Virus record (IMG/VR): IMGVR_UViG_3300033405_000018
Location: 1-59,278 of that record
Reading direction: 5' to 3' (one strand)
Length of the DNA: 59,278 bases
From: a virus
Taxonomy: Duplodnaviria; Caudoviricetes
Within the stretch, counting starts at the first letter, position 1. Every line of letters starts with the position of its first letter. Below the pieces are notes generated by a model. It made no database searches, was not told the DNA's origin, and saw nothing but the letters and a program-made list of their open reading frames with translations. Below are positions 46,202 through 55,702 of this stretch, piece by piece. Made by a program: the position numbers and the translations under genes.

Positions 46202-46490
46202 TCATCCACTTCTTTCCGGCTAACCCCCAACAGCAACCGGCGCGCCTCATCGCTACGGCAAAGGGATACCTGGGAGATGTGTATCTTGAGCATCCTCTTT
46301 TTCTTTTCGGTGTTGAGTCCGAAGCGCTCGCCGTAGGTGTCCACTGCCGATGAATCATTCATCCTTATTCCCTTGAGTGTTGTTATCGTCTTTTTGAATG
46401 GCATCTTTCTTTCTCCATACATTTGCCTTCAGATATTCAGTGATGGTGGACAATTGCTTACGGATGAGGTTCAAATCAACTCCAGGACGA

Positions 46491-47852
46491 TCAGGCATAG
46501 TAGTCATTCCCCTCGTACTCAAGTTCCGCCTCAGCCTCGAAGCAAAGATTCTGCACGTTGAAATTGCCTTTCGTTGATCCTGTTGATCCGCCGGTGCGGA
46601 GCTTTGCCAAGTTAAGTTCAACGGTGCGCGACATGCGCTTTGTTTCTCCGTCAATTGCCCGGTGGATGATGAGTGCTGCGAAGGCGTCTTCCCACGCATT
46701 GCTAGATCCCTTTACGTCGTCAGGGACAGGAGCCTTGTCTGCGAACTCTCGGCCTACTTTCCTGAGCTGCCGCAAGATCATGATTGCACTATTTGTTTCT
46801 TTGATCGTGTCGCGTATTGCTCCCGATGTAAGGTTATCACGATCAATTGCATCTTCTCCTTGTCCTGATCCTTTAACCATTCCAAAGTGGTCCAGTCCAA
46901 AGAGAACTTCCTGCCTGTCTTTCGATTCGCGTTTGATCGCCCAGCAAATCTGCTCACGGTCCATCTTCTGGTCGTAAATGCTGAGCAGGTGGCTACATTC
47001 CGCAAGTCTCTCCATTCCCTCGTGGATAAGCATGTTCTGCTCTGGAGTCTGCATCCATGCGTTGCTTACTACCCGGTTCGGTACATTAGCAAAATACGGA
47101 ACCAGGTCGCGGAGGATTGACTCTTTCTTCTTTTCCAGAGAAAACAGGACACACTTGCGGCCCAACTTGAGATTGTGAGCGATGCTCATGACGGCCCATG
47201 GAGTTTTTCCAACGTTCGGCCGAGCGCAGATGAGAGTGATGTTTGCTTGCCTGTAACCTCCTCCGGTCTTGTCATCGAACCATGCATTTCCAGACGGTAT
47301 GCAAGGGCTTGTCTTTGTCTGATACTCCCGGTCAATGTTCGCCATAGTTTGGACGATAAATGTGCTCGCTAGCGAGCTGTTCGATTGCATTGCAGGTTCT
47401 GCCAACTTCTCAATCTTGCTGGCCAAATCTCCGGTGATCTCCAGCGCCGTTTCGCTTTGGTCCTGAGCCCGCTGGATTGCATCGCTCGACAGGACTATCA
47501 AACTCCGAAGCATCGACTTGTCTTTGACAATCCGGATGTACTCGTCAATCACTGGCCGCCGCGGCAAACCTTCCGTGAGTGAGGCCAGATACGCCACTCC
47601 TCCTATCGCTTCGATCTCATGAGTCATGTTGAGTTCATTGGCCAGGGTCACAATGTCGATGGCCGAGTTGGCGTCTGCCAGCCGCTTCATTGCCGAGCCG
47701 ATGCGCCGATGTGAGTCAAGGCTAAAGTCCGCAGGACGCAAACGAATGGCGATCTCTGGCCACGCAGCATTGTCGAGCAAGCACGCCCCAAGCAAGGTGC
47801 GCTCTGCATCGATGTTCGCCGGCAGTGTGTCTATTTGGATGTCCGCTTTCAC
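46491..47852 (-). CDS. dnaB: DnaB-like replicative helicase
   Basis: PANIDAERTLLG, ARPNVGKT, FSLE, LDHFG, LAKLRTG; GTG overlaps the MTase stop. Confidence 0.9.
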   Translation of the reverse strand: MKADIQIDTLPANIDAERTLLGACLLDNAAWPEIAIRLRPADFSLDSHRRIGSAMKRLADANSAIDIVTLANELNMTHEIEAIGGVAYLASLTEGLPRRPVIDEYIRIVKDKSMLRSLIVLSSDAIQRAQDQSETALEITGDLASKIEKLAEPAMQSNSSLASTFIVQTMANIDREYQTKTSPCIPSGNAWFDDKTGGGYRQANITLICARPNVGKTPWAVMSIAHNLKLGRKCVLFSLEKKKESILRDLVPYFANVPNRVVSNAWMQTPEQNMLIHEGMERLAECSHLLSIYDQKMDREQICWAIKRESKDRQEVLFGLDHFGMVKGSGQGEDAIDRDNLTSGAIRDTIKETNSAIMILRQLRKVGREFADKAPVPDDVKGSSNAWEDAFAALIIHRAIDGETKRMSRTVELNLAKLRTGGSTGSTKGNFNVQNLCFEAEAELEYEGNDYYA

Positions 47853-49408
47853 TTGACCGCCTTTGCGATTCTCTCGCCTATCCACCGAATGCACGGCACA
47901 GCGAATCCGTTCCCAAGCATCTTGTAACGCGGCCCGTCTGCGAGGAACTTTTCTTGCGTCCCGAACTTGTCTCCTTTGTTGACGTATTTCGGATGCTGGA
48001 TTCTCGTATAGTCGTCTGGGACTCCCTGCAATCTTTCGCACTCGCGTGGGGTCAGGCGCCGCACAGCCATCCCCTGCTGCGCGATCGTCGTCGAACTGTT
48101 CTCGATGCTGCCTGGAGGTTTCGTGCGAACGCTTCCCGCGACGTCGGTCGGTGTGGCCGTACTCGCGGTGCCGTCGCTGCCATGCAAGGTGAAAGCGACA
48201 GCTACTTGTCCACCGCCATTGGCATGACTGTTGTCGTGCCCCATGCCGCGTAGCGTGGGCGCAATGTCGCTGGCGTCGGTGCCGTGGCCTTTCGCGGAGA
48301 ACGCAACATAGCTGTTGCTGCTACCGCCGGACGCGGCACGTACGCTGGCGGCATCTGCCGGTTCTGGCATGGCTCCGCCATCGCGTCCACGCAGGTTGAA
48401 GGCTAAGGGCAGCAGCGCGGAACTGTCAGAGAGATCCCGGTCGGAGGAAGCTCCATACCGCGTGCTCAGTGTTCCCGCGATCAGCGGCACGCCGCGCCCA
48501 GTTCCATCTTCGCTGGCATCGAAGCCATCGGCCGAAAGCGAATGTGTGACCAGCAGCGATTCGCGGCACTCGTTATCTGCGTAGGGATTCTGAGTCAAAG
48601 GAGCGGTGATTATCGGCGACTCATGATTGCAGTTGAGCGTTGTCCCGATCCCGATCCCGATCTCCGCTGATCCTTGGCCGGTGCTCATGCAAACTTCTAT
48701 TGCCCCCCCATCACAGTCGAAGTCTGATCCAAGGCCACCGCCTCCAAGGCTTCGCGCAGGGATGGTGGGAGCGACTTGCCCCGATTCGCGGCGCGGCGGA
48801 GGATACCCCGACAGGCTTTCGGGCTCAAGAAGTATCGGCGGTCTACTGGCCCAGTCTCCAGAATCTCTGAGAGCGAAGACGCGACGGCGCCGCTGCGGAA
48901 CTCCGAAGAATTGCGCATCCAAAACTGCCCACTCGACAAGGGCGTCTGAGCCGAGGAGAAAACCGGAGTTTCGCCATCCACTTTTCGGTACGTCAACGTG
49001 TATCCCTGCCATTTCTCCAACCACTGAAGCAAAGCCTCTCCCTTGGTGGTCGCTGAAGACTCCAGGGACGTTTTCCCAGAGAGCGAATCTTGCTCCTGAC
49101 CACCGAACAACTCGCATTGCTGTAAAGAAAAGTCCACTTCGTGATCCTCCCATTCCTTCGCGCTTGCCGGCGATTGATACGTCCTGGCATGGACTGCCAA
49201 AAACTACGATGTCGATGTGCCCGAGGTCTTTGATCTGCTGTTCTGTGACCTTGGATATGTCGCCGAGGTTAGGAACATCAGGATAGTGAGCAGCAAGAAC
49301 TGCGCACGCTGCCGGTTCAATCTCAGCGGTAGCTACGCATTCCCAGCCGAGATGATGCCATGCGAGGGTTGCACCCTCAAGGCCGCTGAACAGGGAGAGA
49401 TACCTCAT
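47849..49408 (-). CDS. C5-cytosine DNA methyltransferase
   Basis: LSLFSG, GSPCQ, ENVPG, PQRRRRVF, LTPRECERLQG, LGNGFAVP. Confidence 0.93.
   Translation of the reverse strand: MRYLSLFSGLEGATLAWHHLGWECVATAEIEPAACAVLAAHYPDVPNLGDISKVTEQQIKDLGHIDIVVFGSPCQDVSIAGKREGMGGSRSGLFFTAMRVVRWSGARFALWENVPGVFSDHQGRGFASVVGEMAGIHVDVPKSGWRNSGFLLGSDALVEWAVLDAQFFGVPQRRRRVFALRDSGDWASRPPILLEPESLSGYPPPRRESGQVAPTIPARSLGGGGLGSDFDCDGGAIEVCMSTGQGSAEIGIGIGTTLNCNHESPIITAPLTQNPYADNECRESLLVTHSLSADGFDASEDGTGRGVPLIAGTLSTRYGASSDRDLSDSSALLPLAFNLRGRDGGAMPEPADAASVRAASGGSSNSYVAFSAKGHGTDASDIAPTLRGMGHDNSHANGGGQVAVAFTLHGSDGTASTATPTDVAGSVRTKPPGSIENSSTTIAQQGMAVRRLTPRECERLQGVPDDYTRIQHPKYVNKGDKFGTQEKFLADGPRYKMLGNGFAVPCIRWIGERIAKAVK
48697..49200 (-). 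CDS. Nested alternative-frame ORF, M.EcoHK31I beta-polypeptide-like
   Basis: SSLSEILE...YFLSPKACRGILRRAANRGKSLP within the MTase gene in another frame. Confidence 0.6.
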   Translation of the reverse strand: MAVHARTYQSPASAKEWEDHEVDFSLQQCELFGGQEQDSLSGKTSLESSATTKGEALLQWLEKWQGYTLTYRKVDGETPVFSSAQTPLSSGQFWMRNSSEFRSGAVASSLSEILETGPVDRRYFLSPKACRGILRRAANRGKSLPPSLREALEAVALDQTSTVMGGQ

Positions 49409-49926
49409 TCTGGCCTCGTCCCATCCCGGAAGACTTTCGGAACCCCGCACGCGGCAAGGAACATGGCCGGCGTTGGCATTCTCTTCAGCGTTTCATCCTG
49501 GCTCAGGACCCGATAAGCCGTGTCCATGTCCTGATCTGTCCGATGGCCGACCCGCTCTTCGTACAGCGAGAGCAGTTCCTCGTCTACCGTCACGCCAAAG
49601 ATGCGCGCCAGTTTCGCCACAATGCCCCTCAGATGCCTTTGCGGGTGCCGGATGGACCGGATGGCCACCAGAAGCGTACCGAAGTCAGGACACGCAGTTT
49701 CCCGGTCACGCCGCGGGCTCTCTGCAATCGTCTTCAGGACTCGAAGAACATCCTCAAACGGTTCCTTCGATAGTCCTTCCGAAAAGGCCGTCAGTGTCGG
49801 TTGGCTGTACTCGCCGCCCCTCATCAATGCTAGTGTCCCGAGTGCGACTATGATCTGCTGCTTGGGAGACAGCGGCTCTGACTGCATCAACTGTCCGGTC
49901 TGCTTTCGTGCCAGTCTGCTTTCCAT
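49405..49926 (-). CDS. Putative helicase loader/replication accessory protein
   Basis: Follows the initiator-like ORF; two similar helical halves ending CPDFGTL and MPTPAMF. Confidence 0.5.
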   Translation of the reverse strand: MESRLARKQTGQLMQSEPLSPKQQIIVALGTLALMRGGEYSQPTLTAFSEGLSKEPFEDVLRVLKTIAESPRRDRETACPDFGTLLVAIRSIRHPQRHLRGIVAKLARIFGVTVDEELLSLYEERVGHRTDQDMDTAYRVLSQDETLKRMPTPAMFLAACGVPKVFRDGTRPE

Positions 49927-50224
49927 TGCTTGCTCCGTTCGGTTTCTGCCACTCGACAGGATCATCAAAATAGCGCTCTTGGTTAAACCATGTTGCGGGA
50001 TGAGGGCGGAAGTCTTCGCGTCCTGATGGCTTTTGGCCTGCTGGAGAGCGCGCGTAGAGCGTGGCCTGTTTCCAGAGGAACCTCCTGGCCGCTTCTGCAT
50101 CATGGCACTTGCCCGACTTCACCAGCCGCTCAACTGCCTTCTGGATAGCCTTCATCGCGGCGCGTGGGGCGACGTGGCGAGGATATGCAAGATAGCAGGC
50201 TCTCTCCTGCTCGGAGTCTGTCAT
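49754..50224 (-). CDS. Replication-initiator C-terminal-domain-like protein
   Basis: YLAYPRHVAPRAAMKA...PHPATWFNQERYFDD. Confidence 0.65.
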   Translation of the reverse strand: MTDSEQERACYLAYPRHVAPRAAMKAIQKAVERLVKSGKCHDAEAARRFLWKQATLYARSPAGQKPSGREDFRPHPATWFNQERYFDDPVEWQKPNGASNGKQTGTKADRTVDAVRAAVSQAADHSRTRDTSIDEGRRVQPTDTDGLFGRTIEGTV

Positions 50225-50514
50225 TGCACATCTCCAGAATTGGCGTTCAGGCTCTTGATGTATGCTGTGATCCGATCTCGAACAGCTTGGCAGGCGTCTA
50301 TGTCTCCATAGCCTATGTCGTCGCCCGCTTGGCAATTGTCTTGCCAATCCTCATAACATTCGGCGTGCATGTAGAAGGCACCAAATTCTCCTTCATAGAC
50401 TCCCGAGTGGTAGTGCGCATTTTCGCCGGGAGGGATTGACCCTCCGCATCCCCAGCAATGATGATGCTTGCGCGTCTTTACCCACTTTCTTTTTCCGTAA
50501 AAGTCCTGGCTCAT
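50221..50514 (-). CDS. Zinc-finger hypothetical protein
   Basis: KTRKHHHCWGCG...HAEC. Confidence 0.6.
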   Translation of the reverse strand: MSQDFYGKRKWVKTRKHHHCWGCGGSIPPGENAHYHSGVYEGEFGAFYMHAECYEDWQDNCQAGDDIGYGDIDACQAVRDRITAYIKSLNANSGDVQ

Positions 50515-50516
50515 AG

Positions 50517-50726
50517 CTATCCCCTCCTGAATCCGTCGCGGGCAGGACATGTCACGAAGTGAGCAACGGCAGGACTCGATCCACGGAGCATGAGGTTGAA
50601 AGGCATCTTCTTGCCTTTGGGGCTGGTGTACCACTCAATCTCGTCGTGGCAACCCCGGCATACGCCATGATCTTCAAAGCGGTATCCGGCTGCAATGAGA
50701 GCATCTCTGTCTTGCGGAAATGGCAT
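50517..50726 (-). CDS. Zinc-binding hypothetical protein
   Basis: CRGCHDEIEW...GKKMP...HFVTCP; AAGGAGG RBS. Confidence 0.65.
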   Translation of the reverse strand: MPFPQDRDALIAAGYRFEDHGVCRGCHDEIEWYTSPKGKKMPFNLMLRGSSPAVAHFVTCPARDGFRRG

Positions 50727-50833
50727 CCTAAACCCTCCTTCAAGGGGTCGGGGGCAGCAGTGAAGGACTACCGCCCCCTGACTCTGGGAGCTACCCAGAG
50801 GTTGCGTCCGTTGCTGGCGCGCGGGACTTATTA

Positions 50834-50862
50834 AAGGTAATTCCGGCCAGTTCGGGAGTCAA
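50834..50862 (-). promoter_or_regulatory. Sigma70-type promoter of the replication/modification genes
   Basis: Minus strand TTGACT-N17-TACCTT. Confidence 0.55.
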
Positions 50863-50902
50863 GAAAAATCAGATTTAAGTCTGTCAAGTTGGCGAGTTTG
50901 GT

Positions 50903-51592
50903 TCAATCTGTGTTGTGGTTCAGGTGGTAGGCAGCCAGTTCCTTGGGTCCTGATTTCGCTGGCTTTCCATCGGATGAAGGCGTCTCGAACGGAATGTCCT
51001 GCTCGGCGTCCGGGTCAAGCTCTGGCTCTTCTTCGCCATCCTCTTCAGGACCCTCGCTCTCTTCCGGCTCCTCTTCCGAAAACTCCGTTTCATCTGCCGT
51101 TGCGAAAGCCAGTTTCGATTCCGAGTTAGAGTACACCGTTTCGATGTAGAAGTCTTTGTGCAAGTGGATCGCCGCCCATTCCATCATCTCTTTCGTGAAC
51201 GGGACATAGATCGCCATGTGCAGGTTGACTTCCTTCTTCTCGCCCTCGCCAACCGTTGCCAAGTAAAGCTTCATAAGCTTGGCGCCAGTTGTCGAAACCC
51301 AGTGGTCTTTGCTGGAGTCAGTCGAGAAGATGTCCAGAGTCATCCCTTCAATCTCGACGTTGATTGCTGAGCGCTCGGTCTTGCTGTCGTTCTTCGCCAT
51401 CAGGCTGAACGGTTCACCGATCTCCTCGTTCATGCCTATGAGTGACTGGTTGAGCAACGGGAGACGCATATCGAGCTTGATCGTTGAGACGCCGGCACGG
51501 TTGCAGTGCTGAATCCACTGGGACAGGAAGCACTTGCGACGGTGCCCGTCAAAGAAGGTCTTCAATTTTGTTGGTTGCACTTTTGCTGCCAT
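50903..51592 (-). CDS. Hypothetical protein with acidic tail
   Basis: GAGGTG RBS; E/D-rich C-terminus. Confidence 0.65.
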   Translation of the reverse strand: MAAKVQPTKLKTFFDGHRRKCFLSQWIQHCNRAGVSTIKLDMRLPLLNQSLIGMNEEIGEPFSLMAKNDSKTERSAINVEIEGMTLDIFSTDSSKDHWVSTTGAKLMKLYLATVGEGEKKEVNLHMAIYVPFTKEMMEWAAIHLHKDFYIETVYSNSESKLAFATADETEFSEEEPEESEGPEEDGEEEPELDPDAEQDIPFETPSSDGKPAKSGPKELAAYHLNHNTD

Positions 51593-51612
51593 GAATCACC
51601 TCTTTCGGTTGG

Positions 51613-52074
51613 TTACAGGTTGAGCGGGATGCGAAGCCAAAGTTCTATCGAATCCCAACTGTTTGTGATGTGTCCTGCCATCTTGAGCATCAGGTCTGGC
51701 TCGCGAATAGCCGGGCACCATGCGGCAGTCAGTTTTCCTGCTCCGGCCGCCCATCCCAGTTCAGCATGTGCGCTCTGTCCGCAGGGATTGACGAGAATGC
51801 AGGCGTCCGCGCGCTTCAGTGCGTCCATGTCCCTTTTGAACCCTTCTACAGCGCGGGGATGCTCAAGTCCTGCCAGATAGCGGGGGATGTGATTCGGCCA
51901 TAGTTGCCAGTTGGGGTCAATTTCGGACCAAGCGAATCCGCCGCCGCCAAGTTCAGGACTCCAACCGTCACCCGCTCCCCGGAAGTCATACACCTCATGC
52001 CCGAGAGCGCGAAGTTTCTGAACCGCCTCCGGCTGGTACGGGCATCTCCAACTGCTTGCAACGTAAATCTTCAT
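51613..52074 (-). CDS. Nucleoside 2-deoxyribosyltransferase/N-glycosidase-like protein
   Basis: KIYVASSW, DMDALKRADAC, SAHAELGWAAGAGK. Confidence 0.75.
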   Translation of the reverse strand: MKIYVASSWRCPYQPEAVQKLRALGHEVYDFRGAGDGWSPELGGGGFAWSEIDPNWQLWPNHIPRYLAGLEHPRAVEGFKRDMDALKRADACILVNPCGQSAHAELGWAAGAGKLTAAWCPAIREPDLMLKMAGHITNSWDSIELWLRIPLNL

Positions 52075-52601
52075 CAGAACTCTCCCAGTTCGGCGAAGTA
52101 GAGAGGTTCTTGCTTCGCTGGTTTCTTGACACCCTTCGCGTCCTTGCGAGGGAAGTTTCTCATCATGTTCCCGATGCCGCCGTTCCTCATCACGCCTTCC
52201 AATCGCTGCCGGAATGGAGCACCAGGTCCTTGCATAAATTTCACGATCTCCGCATACTCCTCGTGCGTGAAGTCGCCTTTACTGCCGTTGCACTTGCGGC
52301 ATATGCACTGCTTGTTGGCTAGTTCAGGACCCCCTTTGCGCCGCAGTGGCGTCTTGTGATCCAGTTCCATGCTCAGGATGTCAATCGGCGCGCCACAGTA
52401 AGGGCAGAGAATCGCGCCGAATTGAATTTGAGTCCATAGCCACTTGCCGAACTGCGCTTGAGTGTAGGGCAGAACATCGGCCGGCGCGATGTCCAACAGG
52501 ACTCCCTTGGGAGCGCCGCGCTGCATCACCTTCCGCCAGCGCTCCCGGTCGTTGTTGTAGAGCTGCGCTACGCGCTTCTGGTACTGCTTCAGTTCGATCA
52601 T
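52074..52601 (-). CDS. HNH endonuclease
   Basis: CPYCG...ELDHKTPL...NKQCICRKCNGSKG. Confidence 0.85.
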   Translation of the reverse strand: MIELKQYQKRVAQLYNNDRERWRKVMQRGAPKGVLLDIAPADVLPYTQAQFGKWLWTQIQFGAILCPYCGAPIDILSMELDHKTPLRRKGGPELANKQCICRKCNGSKGDFTHEEYAEIVKFMQGPGAPFRQRLEGVMRNGGIGNMMRNFPRKDAKGVKKPAKQEPLYFAELGEF

Positions 52602-53125
52602 AGAGTCCTGATGTCCACTGGATCTGTGGTGAGGTCGTACTTTTTCAAGTCGTCCCGCGTATAGCGCATCGGCATCACTAAAGCGACGATGCCGAGCCCA
52701 TGGAAGATTGCCAGCGGCTCAACGTCATACTTCGGCCCTTCGCTTATATGGACCTCATCGCCCTTGACGGATGACAAAGCGAACTTCAGGATGTAAGGAT
52801 CGACGATTAGGATTCGACCGTTGTCGTCGCGGATAACGGCAACAAGGCTTTCCATTTCTCCAGGGTGCCCGCATCCGATGAAGTGCGCATGGACTGTCTT
52901 CCTGTCGTTCGCGGCATCCCAACAGGTCTGCATACCGGAGAGCGCGGGAGAACGATGAAGTCCTTCGTCTGGAAGCTTGATCTCAAAACCATCGCGGACG
53001 GCAGATGCCAAGATCATCGAATGACCATCCGTGATGAATTTTTCGTGCTTGCTGATGTTGCCGAGAAATCCCTTGTCGGCAATCTCCTTCACGTCTGTTG
53101 GCAGTGCTGGCCTCAGTGTCTTCAT
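52598..53125 (-). CDS. Hypothetical protein (beta-clamp-like hints)
   Basis: ITDGH and C-terminal ALVMPMR resemble sliding-clamp-fold motifs; weak. Confidence 0.45.
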   Translation of the reverse strand: MKTLRPALPTDVKEIADKGFLGNISKHEKFITDGHSMILASAVRDGFEIKLPDEGLHRSPALSGMQTCWDAANDRKTVHAHFIGCGHPGEMESLVAVIRDDNGRILIVDPYILKFALSSVKGDEVHISEGPKYDVEPLAIFHGLGIVALVMPMRYTRDDLKKYDLTTDPVDIRTL

Positions 53126-53529
53126 GGCAGTCTCCTCAGAAAATCATCTGGTACGTTGAAGAATCCGAGCTTTCCTTTGAACGGTATGGGAGTCCTGAAC
53201 TCGATGGGATCGGCAAGCAGGAACCCGAACTTTCCCTGAAAGAACGCACTTGGATGCTTGGTCACGCAATCGGTGATGACGGCAGAGCCAATGATGCATC
53301 CTCCTGCTGATCTGATAGCGTCAATATCGAACTCAGGCAGAGTAATGTTGTCCTCGTCCGCCATGTCGAAGATGTCGTCAAAATCGCAAGCTATCTCCTC
53401 GGGATTCCAAAACTTGCTGGCATGGAGATAGAAGCGACCGCGAAAGTTGGTAGGCTAGTCCCGATTCTCGACCGGCTTACCGTGTAGGATGACCCACCAC
53501 CACGGAGCGCGCACACTTAGAGCTTTCAT
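53122..53529 (-). pseudogene. ASCH-domain gene interrupted by an in-frame TAG
   Basis: MKALSVRAPWWWVILHGKPVENRD*PTNFRGRFYLHAS...GCIIG...PIPFKGKLGFF; TAG at 53457-53455. Confidence 0.85.
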
Positions 53530-55448
53530 GACAGTCTCTCGACCTTCCCTTTCTCCACTAGGTAGAACCCAACTCCTTCTTGCTTCGGAGCCTCATGCCG
53601 CTTGTCAGCGACAAAGATGAACGCCTTCTCCAGCAGACCGGTATCGAGCAGATGCTTGACCCCAGCGAAGAGCTTGCCGCGGTGCGCATCAATGAGAATG
53701 TCGGCCTTGTCGATCAGGACCATCTTGATCTTGGAGTAGACAGCGATTGCGCACTGGAGAGCCACGAGGAACCGGAACAACTCGGAACCGCTCAGCTCCT
53801 TGACCGGAAGCGTCTTCGGTGCCGTCTCTGGCGTCACAACATCGAAACTGTAGGGCTCAAAGGAGAGAGTTGCCGAGTAACCCCACCAGTTCAGGACTCG
53901 ATTCACGGACTCATTGAATCCGCCGATGTGCTTCTGCAAAAGAGTGGCCTTGATGCCTTTGGGGCCGAAGTGTTCGCAGAGAGTTTCCAGTTCATCGACA
54001 TCGTTCTTTTGGTCCTGCCACCGCTGTGAACTGGTCTCAATCTGTTTGATGGTTGACTCGTACTGAACGGCCGGCGCAAGGCGCGCCTCCCACTCGCTGA
54101 TCTCGGCATTGACCGCATCGATTGCCGTCGTGTCTACCGGCTCGGACTCAGCAGCTTTGGCGGTTGCAAGATTGGACTCCAGTTCCTTGATGGATGTTTC
54201 CAGAGTCCTGATCTTCTCGACCAGCGATGTGATTTCCTTGACGTTTTCCAGTTTGCGGCCGCTGGCAATCTCCTGCTGGGAAAGGGTAGACTCAGCTTTC
54301 CCAATGTCGCCAAGCGCCTTCTGCTGCTGGATGAGTTGCGCGCGTTTCTCGGCCAAACCTAGTTCATGCCCTTTGTGCTCGGCAATCTTAGCGTTGATGA
54401 ACTCTGGCTTGATGGTCTGCTTGCATGTTGGGCAAAGGCAATCGCTGCGGAGTCCTTCGTAAATCTCCTGGGCGTCCTTCATGTCCTGAATCTCGCCGTC
54501 GAGTGCGTCGATGGCCGTCTGGAGTGTGGCGAACGCCGACCGCTGGGCAGCAATCTGCTTAATACCGGAAAGCGCTGCACCGTCAAGAATCAGCGCGTCG
54601 ATCTCGTCACGGCTTTTGAGAGCCGCCGAGTAGTCGTTGCGAGTAACAAACAGTTCGCTTTGTTTGGTTTCAATGTCGCGCTCGATGCGCCCGATCTGAG
54701 CCGTTCCGGAGCGCTTGACCTTCTTCGCTTCCTGCGAGGCTTTCTCGCGCAAGGTCAGTAGCTTCTGCTGAACCAACTCGGCAGGATACTGAGGCTGTTC
54801 CGGCTTCTGGGGAATGTAGATGGCTCCGAGCGCCGCCTTGGCTTGCGTTCTGGCGTTGTAGACGCCGCTGCTCTTGTCGCCAAACACCTTGTCGATGACG
54901 GTAACAGGACTCGCATTCCAATCGATGATCTTGCCGAGATGCTTCTCAACCAATGCGACCATCTTTGCGTCGAAGTCATGATGTATAGGCAGTACCAGCG
55001 ATGCGAGGATAGCGCGCTGATCTGTGCCAGGACGCGTGAAATATTCCGAGTCCAGGACACAAGAGAAACGCTCTTCGCTGCGCTGGAGGTACTGCTCGAA
55101 TCCAGCTGCCAGATTCACCGCGTTGTTGCCCTCTCCTGCAATCACAACAGAGTCGCGCCCCTTCTTGCCCGGGCCGTAACTGGTCCTGATCTGGATGGCC
55201 CCCTGTGCTGTCTCCAGTCCAGTCGTGATGATGGCCTTGTCTGCCCCGAGACGGATCTTGTCGCGGAATCCTGAGCCTTTGCCGTCGATGCCAGCGCAGA
55301 TGCTTGCAAAGCTGAGTTGAATGGCCTGGGATAGCTTCGTCTTGCCCTGCGCAAGATCGCCGCGGACGATGTTGAGTGGCTGGTCGAAGTTGACGGTTTG
55401 GTCCACGTATGGGCCGAAGTCCTCAAGACGGATGGTGCTGAGTTTCAT
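53526..55448 (-). CDS. SbcC/Rad50-like SMC ATPase
   Basis: GDLAQGKT, coiled coils, CPTC zinc hook, LSGSE signature, VLIDKAD. Confidence 0.85.
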   Translation of the reverse strand: MKLSTIRLEDFGPYVDQTVNFDQPLNIVRGDLAQGKTKLSQAIQLSFASICAGIDGKGSGFRDKIRLGADKAIITTGLETAQGAIQIRTSYGPGKKGRDSVVIAGEGNNAVNLAAGFEQYLQRSEERFSCVLDSEYFTRPGTDQRAILASLVLPIHHDFDAKMVALVEKHLGKIIDWNASPVTVIDKVFGDKSSGVYNARTQAKAALGAIYIPQKPEQPQYPAELVQQKLLTLREKASQEAKKVKRSGTAQIGRIERDIETKQSELFVTRNDYSAALKSRDEIDALILDGAALSGIKQIAAQRSAFATLQTAIDALDGEIQDMKDAQEIYEGLRSDCLCPTCKQTIKPEFINAKIAEHKGHELGLAEKRAQLIQQQKALGDIGKAESTLSQQEIASGRKLENVKEITSLVEKIRTLETSIKELESNLATAKAAESEPVDTTAIDAVNAEISEWEARLAPAVQYESTIKQIETSSQRWQDQKNDVDELETLCEHFGPKGIKATLLQKHIGGFNESVNRVLNWWGYSATLSFEPYSFDVVTPETAPKTLPVKELSGSELFRFLVALQCAIAVYSKIKMVLIDKADILIDAHRGKLFAGVKHLLDTGLLEKAFIFVADKRHEAPKQEGVGFYLVEKGKVERLS

Positions 55449-55465
55449 GGCTTCCTCTTTCTGAA

Positions 55466-55702
55466 TTACTCTTGTCCGTGTCCGAAGTATCCACTTTCAA
55501 ATGGATGACCTAGATAGTCATCTTCGTCCACTCGTTCAAAATGATTGGCATGTTGGTGAGTTCTACTTTCTTGTTCGGCAGCCTTGCATGACTTCGAGCA
55601 GAATCTCCCCCATCCACGCTTGCGGTCAGCCACGCGAGCCATAAACTTGACGCGGCAACCCTTGTTAGCGCATATGACTTCGACTTTTGCTCCATGTGTC
55701 AT
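55466..55702 (-). CDS. Zinc-finger hypothetical protein
   Basis: CANKGC...GRFCSKSC. Confidence 0.65.
   Translation of the reverse strand: MTHGAKVEVICANKGCRVKFMARVADRKRGWGRFCSKSCKAAEQESRTHQHANHFERVDEDDYLGHPFESGYFGHGQE

Noticed and set aside
53455-53457. Genome-wide TAG reassignment
   Set aside because: Many well-bounded genes end in TAG (portal, MuF, protease, adaptor) and no suppressor tRNA was seen; only this one internal TAG was found.
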